Source of the DNA: an uncultured Verrucomicrobiae bacterium
GTDB taxonomy: Bacteria > Verrucomicrobiota > Verrucomicrobiia > Limisphaerales > JAFGQR01
DNA length: 64,000 nucleotides
Reading direction: 5' to 3'
Assembly (NCBI GenBank): GCA_963788655.1
Contig: CAWBHS010000089.1
Span: 32,001-96,000, forward strand
Position 1 is the first letter of the stretch. Each line of letters starts with the position of its first letter. The translations under genes and the position numbers were made by a program. The notes beneath the pieces were generated by a model. It was not told where the DNA came from. It saw only the letters and a program-made list of their open reading frames with translations, and searched no databases. Shown piece after piece: positions 53,466 to 64,000 of the stretch.

Positions 53466-54302
53466 TCACTTTCGGGAGGCGCCGGAAGCCGGTGACGGAG
53501 GCGATCCTGAGCGGACGGGCACGGAATTCATACGTGGCGGCAGGGTGGGGGGCTTGGAAGGGGTGGGTTGTTTGGGAGCAACGACCGGTTTGGCGGGCGT
53601 CGAGCGTTTGGCAGGGACGGGGGAAGTGGGCCGTGATCGAGCCGGAGCGGGGCGAGCCGGGGCGCTGGCCGGGCGCGATGAGTTGGATGGCGCCGGCGGA
53701 GCCGCTTTTTTGACTGGAGCGGGAGGAGAGCCGATTCCCGCGCCGCGCGGAGCTTCTTTCTGGTAACTGGCGACCAGCGTGATGTTCCCTTGCAGCTTGT
53801 AACGTCGGGCATCGGGTTGGAGGGACATGCTAAGCACGCGGATCAAGGAACTCTTTTCGGCCAGGTTGTTGAGGAAACAGACCAGCTCTTTCTCGCCGGC
53901 ATTGACCCGGATATTGAGCACTTCTTCGTCAAAGAAAGCATTGGTTTTGGCGGAGGACTGGGTGCGGGGCTTATCGTAGCTTTGGACCGGCACCCCACAC
54001 AGGAGGGCCTGTGAGGAAACGTCCCGTTGCAACTGTAACGCTCGCCCCGCCTCGGCCACTTCGGCCCCCAGTTTGCCCAGCGTCTCTCGCTTCTTGGCAT
54101 ATTCCGGCTCCTGGGCAATTGCCATCTGGAACGTCTGCAAAGTTCCGCCGGCGTCCTTCAGTTGTTGTTGCACGCGGCCCAGATCGCCGAAGTGCGGAAA
54201 TACCAGCAGCAGGTTCAGGAAGACGAAAACCACCCCGCCGGCGATCACCACCAACCGGCGTTCGCCCGGGCGCAAATTCAGTTTGTCAAACAAGCTCGTC
54301 AT
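53466..54302 (-). CDS. GspM/PilO-like inner-membrane platform protein with Pro-rich tail
   Basis: LRPGERRLV plus one TM helix and a coiled coil; position between gspL-like gene and gspD. Confidence 0.65.
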   Translation of the reverse strand: MTSLFDKLNLRPGERRLVVIAGGVVFVFLNLLLVFPHFGDLGRVQQQLKDAGGTLQTFQMAIAQEPEYAKKRETLGKLGAEVAEAGRALQLQRDVSSQALLCGVPVQSYDKPRTQSSAKTNAFFDEEVLNIRVNAGEKELVCFLNNLAEKSSLIRVLSMSLQPDARRYKLQGNITLVASYQKEAPRGAGIGSPPAPVKKAAPPAPSNSSRPASAPARPAPARSRPTSPVPAKRSTPAKPVVAPKQPTPSKPPTLPPRMNSVPVRSGSPPSPASGASRK

Positions 54303-55684
54303 CGAGATACGGTGTTCTTCAAGACGCAAGTGAACTGCCACCGTTTGCGATTGCCCGGGTAATCGCGCATGGTGGGCGCCTCCACCTCGGCGAACAGGGG
54401 TTCCCCTTTACCAGCGTCCAGTTTGCTCTCGGTTTCCACGTTGCGTAATGTTTCATTGAAATCCATGACTTTACTGACATCAGCGTCACCCGCGCTGCCG
54501 GTGATGACCAGTTTTTGGCCGCGGTCGAAATTCAGCGAATCCAAGGTCAATTCCGTGGGCAGATTCAGCGCCACGGCTTTCCAGCTCTCCAGGGCCGCAA
54601 ATTGGAGTTCCACCTGGTCCTGCAATACCCGCACGGTTTCCTTGACCCGCTGGGCATTGGTGTAGGAACCGCTAAGCTGGGCGACCTGTTCGCGCACGCC
54701 TTCGAGGCGCCAACGCGTCGCCTCCACCCAGCCGAAATAAATCCCGAGGCCCAACAAATACAACGCCAGCAACGCGCCCAGGCTGCGCATCCATATCCGA
54801 TCGACGAACTGCTGCTTGTAACGGGTGGTGTATTCGGGCGGCAGCAGATTGGTGTGGGCGTCATTGCGCGTTACCCGGCGCGCCGTGCGGGCAGCCAAAT
54901 CCACCGCTGGTCCCGGTGGCACCACGGCGGCCGTTTCGGCTTGGATGAATTCCAACAGCCACGGCTCGGTCGCGGCGGGATCGGTCATTATATGAAGCCG
55001 CGGCGGCTCGTTGAGCCAGCCTTCCAATTCGCCGGCCCAGGCGGTTTGGGACAGGTTTTCCCGCAACAAAGCACCCCGCACCTCGGGATCGGGAAAGTAC
55101 ACCAGCGAGATGTGGCGCAGGACGTTGCCGTACCACCAAGCGATCAGGAAATGGTCCTTGGCGAGACCCAAGCCCGGATAGATCCAAACGCCGTCCTCGG
55201 TGATTTCCGTGGCGCGGACCTGGTCGAGCAGCGGCAGTTCCAAGCGGTCGGGGTGGTAGCCCTGGGTTTCGATCTTGCCCAGAAAATCGTCCACCATGCT
55301 CCGGGGAACCACGATGACGACCACCGTCTGCATTTCGTCGGTGGCTTGGGGCAGGACCTCGAAACACCACTCGATTTGCGCCACGGGCAGCGGGGAGATT
55401 TTCTCGAGCTGCAACTCGACCATGGCGCGCGTTTCGGCCAAGTCGCTCGGGGGCAGTTGTATCGCCCGCAGGAACACATGGTCGGCGGGCAGCCAGGCGA
55501 CATTGAGTTTGGGTTGAAAGAGGGTTTGCCAGTCCTTGGCGACAATTTTAGCCGGCAAGGGTTCGCTGGGCAGTTTGGATTCGCTGCGCAGCAGGTTGAA
55601 TTTGCTGCTGGCCGCCGAGAACTGCCAGACGTTCCGGCCCTCCTTGCCCACTTGCAGCACGTTACACGATTGCCATCGAGCCAT
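54299..55684 (-). CDS. GspL/PilM-PilN-like protein
   Basis: Cytoplasmic domain, TNLLP motif, TM helix, periplasmic LTLDSL..LVITGSA domain. Confidence 0.65.
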   Translation of the reverse strand: MARWQSCNVLQVGKEGRNVWQFSAASSKFNLLRSESKLPSEPLPAKIVAKDWQTLFQPKLNVAWLPADHVFLRAIQLPPSDLAETRAMVELQLEKISPLPVAQIEWCFEVLPQATDEMQTVVVIVVPRSMVDDFLGKIETQGYHPDRLELPLLDQVRATEITEDGVWIYPGLGLAKDHFLIAWWYGNVLRHISLVYFPDPEVRGALLRENLSQTAWAGELEGWLNEPPRLHIMTDPAATEPWLLEFIQAETAAVVPPGPAVDLAARTARRVTRNDAHTNLLPPEYTTRYKQQFVDRIWMRSLGALLALYLLGLGIYFGWVEATRWRLEGVREQVAQLSGSYTNAQRVKETVRVLQDQVELQFAALESWKAVALNLPTELTLDSLNFDRGQKLVITGSAGDADVSKVMDFNETLRNVETESKLDAGKGEPLFAEVEAPTMRDYPGNRKRWQFTCVLKNTVSR

Positions 55685-55685
55685 C

Positions 55686-57440
55686 TTAAGTCCTCGTCAT
55701 CATGACGGTTTGCGAATCCTCCATCAATGACTTCAAATGTTCTTCCGTTTGGGTGACCCGCAGCACTTCCTCAATGGTGCTCAGGCTGGCCTTGACTTTG
55801 CGCCAGCCATCCACGCGCAGCGTGCGCATGCCTTCCGCGATGGCCGTTTGCGCAATGGTCGAGGCGGCCACCCGGTGCAAAATGTGCGAGCGGATTGCTT
55901 CGGACATGATTAAAATTTCGTAAATTCCCAGGCGCCCCTGGTAGCCCAATTGCCGGCACTCCTCGCAGCCGGTGCCTTGCCAGAACTTGGCCGTGGGGAT
56001 TTCCTCCGGCGGGAAGCCAATGCGTTTGAGATAGGTGGGATCCACCTTCCGTTCTTCTTTGCAGCCCGGACAGATTGTGCGCACCAGGCGTTGCGCCATG
56101 ACCGCTTCCACCGACGACGCAACGAGGAACGGTTCGATGCCCATGTCGATCAACCGCGTGAACGCACTGGGGGCATCGTTGGTGTGCAGGGTGCTGAAGA
56201 CCAAGTGACCGGTCAGGGCGGCGCGGATGGCGATTTCGGCGGTTTCGAGATCGCGAATTTCCCCGACCATGATCACGTTGGGATCCTGGCGGAGAATATG
56301 GCGCAAGCCCATGGCAAACGTGAGCCCGATGTCCGAGCGCACGGCAATTTGGTTGATGCCCTTCAACTCGTACTCGACCGGTTCCTCGATGGTGATGATG
56401 CGTTTCTGGACCGAGTTGATGGTGCTGAGAAATGCGTAAAGGGAAGTGGACTTGCCCGAACCAGTGGGTCCGGTCACCAGCATGATCCCGTGCGGCTTAA
56501 TAATGATGTCCCGGATCATCTTCTCCTCCTCGGGGGAGAAGCCCAATTTGTCCAGCGTTAGGAATATTTTGCCGCGGGTGAGCAGGCGGAGGGAAACACT
56601 TTCACCATAGACCGTCGGCACGGTGGATACCCGGATGTCGATTTCCTCGCCTTTGATCCGCACATTGATGCGGCCATCCTGCGGCAGGCGCTTTTCGGAG
56701 ATGTTCATCCCGGACATCACTTTGATGCGCGAAATGATCGCTGCCTGGTAGCGCTTCAACTGCGGCGGCATGGGCGTCTGGTGCAGGATGCCGTCAATCC
56801 GGTAGCGGATGCGCAATTCATCTTCGGCGGGCTCGAAATGAATGTCCGTGGCGCGGTCTTTATAGGCTTCCCAGACGATCTGGTTGACAAACTTGATGAC
56901 GCTCGCCTCCTGGTCGGACTCGGTAATTTCCTTGTCCTCGGCCACCAGCAACTCGATGGGATCATCGTCCTTTTGGAGTTCGTCGAGGGTTTCGGCGCCC
57001 ACGCCATAGTATTTCTTGAGGGCTTTCTCGATCTCGGCGCGGGTGGCCAGGGCGAACTGGACCGGCAACCGGGCGTCGAATTGCACGGCATTGAGCATTC
57101 CGGCATCGAACGGATTGGCGACGACAATCTGGAGCGTGCCGTTCCGGAAATCGGTGGGAAAAGCCAGGTATTGAAAGGCAACCTTGGTCGATAGCTTGTT
57201 CCGGGCTTCCGTGGGAATGTCCAGTGTGCGCAGATCCAGAAAGGGCCAATTCAACACCCGCGACAGGCTCTGCAAAAAAGTCACTTCGGAACTACCGGAT
57301 TCCCGGCAGACGAACTCCAGCAGTGATTCCTGCGAACCACCCGCCACAGCGACTTGCCAGGCTTTGTGCCAGTCATCGAGTTTTTCCGGCGAGGCCAACA
57401 CGGCCGAAGCCAGCAAGTTTTTTAACGAGACAAATCCCAT
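55686..57440 (-). CDS. gspE: type II secretion/pilus assembly ATPase GspE
   Basis: ATDIHFEP, RLPQDG, GPTGSGKS, LRQDPNVIMVGEIRD, STLHTN, two CxxC pairs. Confidence 0.93.
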   Translation of the reverse strand: MGFVSLKNLLASAVLASPEKLDDWHKAWQVAVAGGSQESLLEFVCRESGSSEVTFLQSLSRVLNWPFLDLRTLDIPTEARNKLSTKVAFQYLAFPTDFRNGTLQIVVANPFDAGMLNAVQFDARLPVQFALATRAEIEKALKKYYGVGAETLDELQKDDDPIELLVAEDKEITESDQEASVIKFVNQIVWEAYKDRATDIHFEPAEDELRIRYRIDGILHQTPMPPQLKRYQAAIISRIKVMSGMNISEKRLPQDGRINVRIKGEEIDIRVSTVPTVYGESVSLRLLTRGKIFLTLDKLGFSPEEEKMIRDIIIKPHGIMLVTGPTGSGKSTSLYAFLSTINSVQKRIITIEEPVEYELKGINQIAVRSDIGLTFAMGLRHILRQDPNVIMVGEIRDLETAEIAIRAALTGHLVFSTLHTNDAPSAFTRLIDMGIEPFLVASSVEAVMAQRLVRTICPGCKEERKVDPTYLKRIGFPPEEIPTAKFWQGTGCEECRQLGYQGRLGIYEILIMSEAIRSHILHRVAASTIAQTAIAEGMRTLRVDGWRKVKASLSTIEEVLRVTQTEEHLKSLMEDSQTVMMTRT

Positions 57441-57883
57441 GCGGTCTTACTCTTCATCATTGTCTTTTAACGTAACAACGGAACCTATAAAAAGTTGCGG
57501 AGGGGGTCAAAGTAATAAACTCCGCCCACCGCGCAGGCGGCAAAACCGTATCAGCTCGAAGTGACGCCACTGCCACTCCGGTCCATAAAGTGGCTGCCCA
57601 TCACCCGGTTGCGAGCCATTGTCACTGCAGCTTAATCATGCAAAGCAGTTTCTGAACCTATTCGATTTCGAAGCAATTTAGTTTTTCCAATTCTTTTTCT
57701 TTCTTTGAGTTGACAACCCGGGACGTCTGCTGGCACATTGGCGCCGGTTCGGACGGTAGCACGTTTCTTCAGCGGGGTTCCCCCAAACCCCCACCTCCTT
57801 GGCGTCTATCGTCCGGGCCACTAACACTTCAGACCTACTTTCTCCTTGTGAATAAACCGGCTCCCGGTGTAGTCATTTCTTCT

Positions 57884-59329
57884 ATGCCTACACCAAATAT
57901 ATTTAGTGCAAATTCAAGCAACATCTCTCGTCGGAGATTTCTCACCCAATCCACGCTGGCAATCGGCGCCACGGTCATGACGGGGCCGTCCTTGTTGCGT
58001 GGCCAAAACCTCAATGGAAAAATCAACGTCGCCTGCATTGGCGTCAACGGCAAAGGGAGCAGTGACACCGACAGCGCGTACAACATGGGCGGCAACATCG
58101 TCGCCCTGTGCGATGTCGATGAAAACAGTCTCAACGGCAAACTGCGCAGCCTTCAGGACCGAGCCCGCAAAGCCGGCAAGGAAGAACCCAAGCCCAAGCT
58201 TTATCGCGATTTCCGCAAGCTGCTCGAGGAAATGGACAAGTCCATCGATGCCGTCACCGTTTCCACGCCGGACCATTGTCACGGCCCGGCGGGCATCCGC
58301 GCCATGCGGTTGGGCAAACACATCTATTGCCAGAAACCGCTGACCCAGACGGTCTATGAAGCGCGCACGATGCGGGAACTGGCGAAGGAGAAGAATCTGG
58401 CCACCCAAATGGGCAACCAGGGCAGTGCCGAAAGCGGTCTCCGGCGGGCCGTGGAAGTCATCCAGGCCGGCGTGATCGGCAACCCCAAAGAAATTCACGT
58501 CTGGTCCAACCGGCCAATATGGCCCCAGGGACTCAATCGTCCCGAAGGTTCGGACCCAGTGCCGTCCTCCCTGGACTGGAACCTGTGGCTGGGGCCGGCA
58601 CCGGAACGCCCCTTCAAGAAAGACGTTTATCATCCGTTCAAATGGCGCGGTTGGTACGATTACGGCACCGGCGCCCTGGGCGACATGGCTTGCCACACCG
58701 TCAATATGCCGTTCCGCGCGTGCAAACTGGGTTACCCCAATGTGGTCGAATGCGAACTCGATTCGCGGTTCTACCCTGAAACATATCCGAAGACCTCGCG
58801 CATCCGCTATGAATTCCCTGCCCGCGAAGGGCTGCCGCCGCTCAAGTTCTGGTGGTACGACGGCAACCCGGGCGATGCCATCAAGCCCTTGCGTCCGAGC
58901 GCGGACATCACCAAGGAAATCATCACCATGCGCGACAAACTGCCGGGCAGCGGCTGCCTGATTATTGGCGACAAGGGCAAAGTCTTCTCGCCCGACGATT
59001 ACGGCGCCCGCTTCTACGTGGTGCTCAACGGCGAACAGGAATACAAGTCCGGCTTGGATCACCCCGCCTGCAAGGAAGTGCCGCAAACCATTGAGCGCTC
59101 ACCGGGGCATGACCAGGAATGGTTCCGCATGATCAAGACCGGCAAACCGTCCTATTCGAACTTCTCGATTGCGGCGTATCTCACCGAAATCATCCTGCTC
59201 GGTTGCATCGCCCTGCGCGTGGGTGAAGGCCGGCGGATGGAATGGGACGGCCCCAACATGAAATCAACGAACATCGCCGAAGCGGCCCAATTCGTTAAAC
59301 GCAATTACCGCAGCGGTTGGGAAGTGTAA
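57884..59329 (+). CDS. Gfo/Idh/MocA oxidoreductase with Tat signal
   Basis: SRRRFL, ACIGVNGKG, STPDH, YCQKP, GALGDMACH. Confidence 0.92.
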   Translation: MPTPNIFSANSSNISRRRFLTQSTLAIGATVMTGPSLLRGQNLNGKINVACIGVNGKGSSDTDSAYNMGGNIVALCDVDENSLNGKLRSLQDRARKAGKEEPKPKLYRDFRKLLEEMDKSIDAVTVSTPDHCHGPAGIRAMRLGKHIYCQKPLTQTVYEARTMRELAKEKNLATQMGNQGSAESGLRRAVEVIQAGVIGNPKEIHVWSNRPIWPQGLNRPEGSDPVPSSLDWNLWLGPAPERPFKKDVYHPFKWRGWYDYGTGALGDMACHTVNMPFRACKLGYPNVVECELDSRFYPETYPKTSRIRYEFPAREGLPPLKFWWYDGNPGDAIKPLRPSADITKEIITMRDKLPGSGCLIIGDKGKVFSPDDYGARFYVVLNGEQEYKSGLDHPACKEVPQTIERSPGHDQEWFRMIKTGKPSYSNFSIAAYLTEIILLGCIALRVGEGRRMEWDGPNMKSTNIAEAAQFVKRNYRSGWEV

Positions 59330-59358
59330 GCCTTTACCGTCTCAAAACCGTTCAGCAC

Positions 59359-59400
59359 TCCCGCGGTGGACTTAGCCGTCCGCCGCGGGATTTTTGTATT
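59359..59400 (+). terminator. intrinsic terminator
   Basis: TCCCGCGGTGGAC-ttagcc-GTCCGCCGCGGGA followed by TTTTTG, 30 nt after the stop codon. Confidence 0.8.
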
Positions 59401-59772
59401 TTCCAGCATGTTTGACTAAGTGGGTCACCGGCATGAGGCGGCGGATTCGTCCGTGCCCTGCAAACGATCTGGATCGCCGAGCACCGCCTCCAACACCGCC
59501 GGCCAATCACCCAAATCGGTCGGCACGATGATCGGCAATCCCGGCGCGCGCGGTTCCGTGTCGGTGTAAGTGTCCGGCCCCATCCGATCCGGCAGGGGCA
59601 AGGCCAGCCGCACCACCGCGATGGCCTCCCGCTCAAGCCATGGTTCGGCTCTTTGCACAACCGATTCCCGTTTTTCTTCGCCGCCGTGATGTTCGCCTAC
59701 CCGGCGTCCCAGTTGCTCCCGGAGTTGCTCTGTCAACTCCAGCCCATCGTTGGCACCCTTCAGGTTCAGGAC

Positions 59773-59804
59773 AAAAAAGATGACCGGGAAATTCCCGGTC
59801 ATCT
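59773..59804 (-). terminator. intrinsic terminator for the LamG/Ig gene
   Basis: Minus strand AGATGACCGGG-aattt-CCCGGTCATCT followed by a T-tract. Confidence 0.8.
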
Positions 59805-59835
59805 AACTGGACTAATTGTTTTCGGACGGGGTTCC

Positions 59836-62800
59836 TTACGGAACCATTACGCGGAAGATTCGCAGCGGCCGGACGGCCGGCACTTGCCACGGCGCGCTGG
59901 CGTCGGGATTGGCATACCAGGGTCCCAGAATGTCCTCCGCCTCTTCCAGGATGCCGTACGGCCAGGAGAGCAGCAGGCTGGAGCCTTGCGGCGGCGCGTC
60001 GAAGTTAAGACGCACCATCAACGCGTCCGGCGCGACCAGTTCCGCGTCGTCGCCGCTTACGATGGCGGTGAGTTCGGATTCGTCGAGCATCCGGTCGTAG
60101 ATGCGGAAGTCGTCGAGGCTGCCGTTGTACGTGCGCCAGTAACCATCATGCGACCGGCCGATTTCGATGGATTGTTTGACCGGCCAGATCCAGGCGCTGG
60201 AATTGCCTTGAGACGTGTCCAGCACGCCGTCGAGGTAGATCGAAATCGATCCGGCCGCCGACTGATCATACACGTAGGCGACATGGTGCCAGTCGTTGTC
60301 ATTGACCGTGTTGGCCGTGACAAACGAATTGCCGCCACCGTTGTTCTGCACAAACAGGGTGCCATCGTCTTTCATGACAATGACATCCCCTTCCGAAGTG
60401 CGACGGTCAAAGATGATGGAGCCTTCGCTGCCGCTGGTCATGTCGTTCCCCGCGGTGCGCATCCAGAACGCGATGGTGCCTTGAGCCCCATCAAAGTCCG
60501 GATGAGCCGGCAGGACGATCTGATCGCCTTCGGGGGCCACAAACTGCGCGACCCCCGAGCGGGTGGTGGAGATGTTGTCGGTTTCGGAATCCAGCCAGGC
60601 GGTGCCGTTATCAAGGCCGTCGTGCGGCAGACCGACCGGTTTCGAATCCAGGACGGCCGGGCCTTCTGTCGCCGTCAACGAGAGCGCCAGGGTTTCGCCG
60701 GACCCGTTCAGGTAGAGGTTGCCAATCGCGGCCAGGCTCAGCGCCTGGTTGTAAATGGCCACGTCATCGATGATGCCATTGAACAGGCGCGTGCCCGCCG
60801 AGGTGTCTTCGCCGATGTAAGTAGTGCCGTTGAATTCCTCGATGTCGTTGGCGACGATACGAACCGCCGACTGGAGTATGCCATCAGTGCCTAGATAGAG
60901 GGTACCGTTGGTGGGCGTGACGACCAGGGCCACGAAACTCCACTGGTTCGTTGGCACGATCAGCTCGGAGTTCCAACCCCAGGTGGCATTGGCGTTGTTC
61001 CAGGTGAAACGCAATTCGTTGCCGTCACCGTAATGCACGCCGGCCACCGTGCTGCCCGCCCGGCTGAACACGATTCCGCGCCAGCCGCCTTGATCGCCAT
61101 CGGGATAAATCCAACCGGCGATGGTGACGGTGTTGGTGTAGAGGTTCAGCGCCGGCAGGGCCACGCGGGAGCCGGCCACGCCGGTCAATTGAACGGCCGT
61201 GTTGTCAGCTTCGAAGCCGCCGAATTGCGGTCCCGGGGCGCCCGGCACGGCGCCAGCATCGTAGGTGCCATTGTGGCCGCCCCAATAATCGTAGGCGGTG
61301 GTGGCGCCAACGGCCTCATCCAACGGCCAAAAGCCTACCGGATCTTGCGTCAGCACTTCGCTCGCGTAACCGTTCTCCGCCGGCACCAGCACGGTAAGCA
61401 GGGCTGGAATCGAATCATCGAAGCCGCTGTCGTTCTCGATGCCCACAAAATATTCGCCCGCGTCCGGACCCGTCACATTGGCAATGGTGAGCGTCGCGCT
61501 GTTGGCACCGGAGATACTACCATTGTCGGTGAGCGGGTTGTTGTCGTGGTACCATTGGTAATTTATCGGCAGCGTGCCCACCGCCGTCACTTGGAAGGAA
61601 ACGCTCTGGCCGGCGTAGCGGGTTTGACTGGTCGGCTGATAGATAATCGTCGCGCCCACCTCGCCCGCGCCCTGCGCGTAGATGGCGTTAATGGTCTCCG
61701 CCGAGAGGGCATGGTCGAAGACCGCGACTTCGTCGATGGCGCCAGAGAAGTAGTTGCCAGTGGCGTCCAGCACGGCGGCGCCGATGCGGAAGGGCGACGG
61801 GGAACTGCCGTAATTGTTGGTCGTGTTCAGGGCGCTTGCGATGGGACTGCCATTTCGGTAGAGCGTGAGTTGAGTGCCATCGCCCACCGCGGCCAGGAAA
61901 TACCATTGGCCGGCGCTGATGAGCGAGGTGGGATCGAAAGCCACCAAACCCGTCGCCGGCGTCCAGATGCCGAGGTCGGTTGCGGTATGGAAGCCAAATT
62001 CGGCCACGTCATTTTGGCCAAACAAGCCGACGCGTGCGCTGTCGCCCGACATCTGCGGCATGACCGATGGATTGAACCAGCCCATGATGGTGAACTGCGT
62101 GCGGTCGTTTATGAGGCTGGCCGAGGTGGAGGTGCTGGCGCTGGTATTGGTGCCGTCGTAACTGGCGGCGTTGTTGTCGCTCTCGAAGCCGGGCGAAAGC
62201 GGCGGGCGCGGTCCGGCCACGTAGGTCACTTGGTCATTGGTGGCGTCGTTGCCGCCGAAATAATCGTAGGCGGTCAGCGCGCTGTCCGTTTCATTGAGCC
62301 GCCAGTAGGCCAGCGGTTGATTGGTAATGATGGTATCCTCGAAACTGCCCGCCGTGACCGCTAACAACGTAAGCCCAACCGTGGACGAGTTGGTCCAACC
62401 GACCTGGTTCGTCACGTAAAGCGTATAGTTGCCGGCATCGGCCGTTTGCAGGTTGGTCAGCGTCAGGGTCACATTCGTAGCATCCGTGATGGGGGTACCG
62501 TCGTGTTCCCATTGGAACTGGAACGGTGCGGTGCCCTCGATGATCGGCGCAAAGACCGCGGTGCCGCTGCGGTACCGGGTGGCGGGCGCGATGTCCTGGG
62601 TCAGCAGCGGTGGGGCGTCCTCCACCGTGATGGTGTTCGTGATGCTCAGGACCGAACCGTTGTCATTCGAAACCTGCACGTAATAATCGCCGGAATCGGT
62701 CGGCACGGCATTGGACAAAACCAGCGTCGCCTCGGTGGCGTTTTCAACCGGATCAACGTCCTTGAACCATTGATACGAAAGCGGTAACGGCGCGCCGCCG

Positions 62801-63736
62801 GTGGCGGTTACACTCATCGACACGGTAGTCCCGGTGAAAACGCTGCTGGCGGGCGAGGGCGAGGGCTGGGCGGTGATCACCGGTGTGATTTGGACCACGT
62901 CGCCGTAGGCGGTGCCCAGGCGGAAGGCGTCCAATTCGCCACTGCTGGTCGGACCGTTCACATAGGCCAGGAGGTGCGTGTACGTGTTGGCGTCGTCAAA
63001 GGAGTAGCTCACATCCCAAACGACGTCCGCTTCGTTCGGGGGCAGTGTCTGGTAACCGGTGCGGGTGGCATTGAAGAAGGCGGCCTGCACCGTGTCGTCG
63101 CCCGTGGCGCTGGTGGTGATCTTGATCAGGATGAGGTTGCGGTCGTCATTGTTCACCTCGGTGGGACTGTAGGCATTGGCGCCGTAAGGGCCCTGGCCGA
63201 CGTTCAATGTGCCGACGGCGACAACCAACTTACGGTTGGCGGGCGGATTAAAACTGGTGTTGTTCCAAGTGGCGCCCACCGAAATGAACTGGCTGGCAGG
63301 ATCGCTGCCGGTGGCCAGGCCAAAACCGATGGCGTCGTCATTGCGGCGACGCATGTTGTAGGTGATGTAATACGTTCCGTCGGCCGCAAAGTCGATTTGG
63401 CTGCCCGCGGCGAGTTGGCGGGTGCCCCACCAACCGACATCCCACTGCCCGGAACTGGGCGGACCCCACCAGAGGCCACCGTTGCCGTTGATTAGGACGG
63501 GCATCTCATTGGTGATGTTGGGATCGACGTTGAAGTTGTCGGCCAGATTGATGTTGCCGATTTAGGTTGGCGGCCCAGGTGGTGCTGGGCTCGAAGCCCA
63601 CGGAGGTGGAACTGTCGCCGGCGCCATCGAGGGAAGGCGTCAGCCCGTCGAACAATTCGCGAACCAGCAAGGCCGCATTGGCTTGGATCAAACCGGCCGC
63701 AGCCAGGGTGGCTGCCAGGATCAGACGTTTTTTCAT
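59836..63736 (-). CDS. large secreted protein with three LamG-like jellyroll and three Ig domains (N-terminal frameshifts near 63500-63565)
   Basis: Signal peptide MKKRLILAA..; AYWRLNE, GQWYFLAAV, GAIDEVAVF repeats; ends RIFRVMVP. Confidence 0.85.
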
Positions 63737-64000
63737 ATCGTTGCTCTGGAATGGTTGTGGTTACAGCAGGCCTCACGATCAAACGACCATCGGTCTGTGT
63801 CCCAATCGGGCGATATCATCCATCCATGCTCGTCGTCGAAAAGCCAGGCTGAGAAAACCCTGCCCGGCACTCCGCGATTTCTGAAAGAACAAGCATCAAA
63901 CGCAATCCGCGCGAACGGGACAATCTTCCTTCGTATGGGCTAAAACCGCTCAAATGTCAATCAAGTTCGAGCTGGACTTGTTGTTACGCTGCGGGTTGCA

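Noticed and set aside
59425..59802. 125-aa minus-strand ORF between two terminators
   Set aside because: The annotated start lies within a terminator hairpin and there is no recognisable domain; a shorter real gene cannot be excluded.

Overview
A 64-kb GC-rich bacterial window, most likely from a Verrucomicrobiota genome of the Pedosphaerales/Limisphaerales type. This is inferred from gene content, giant Ig/LamG/lamin-tail/CotH surface proteins and characteristic intergenic palindromes. About 15 genes carry isolated single-base frameshifts, probably long-read assembly errors. Housekeeping genes: gltX, gmhB-like HAD, mogA, moaC, panB, lptD, FKBP, argG. Main loci: (1) a B12-binding MerR photoreceptor (CarH/LitR type) divergent from an operon that starts with an extra RpoD-family sigma factor and continues with a C30-type carotenoid tailoring set lacking any phytoene synthase; 11-bp-spaced TnnACA operator-like repeats lie between them; (2) a 4.7-kb island bracketed by inverted heptamer-repeat arrays, in which a type I RM system is disabled by deletions while an embedded, translationally coupled HipA-like kinase/DUF3037 pair is retained; (3) three very large secreted proteins sharing a C-terminal ...W...F(Y)R[IV] module, one encoded directly behind a partial type II secretion cluster; (4) many REP/REPIN-like palindromes, two of them inserted in frame inside genes; (5) GH78, GH27, GH57+DUF4912 and a DsrEFH-like triad. 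All calls are from motif recognition by eye; no database searches were run.
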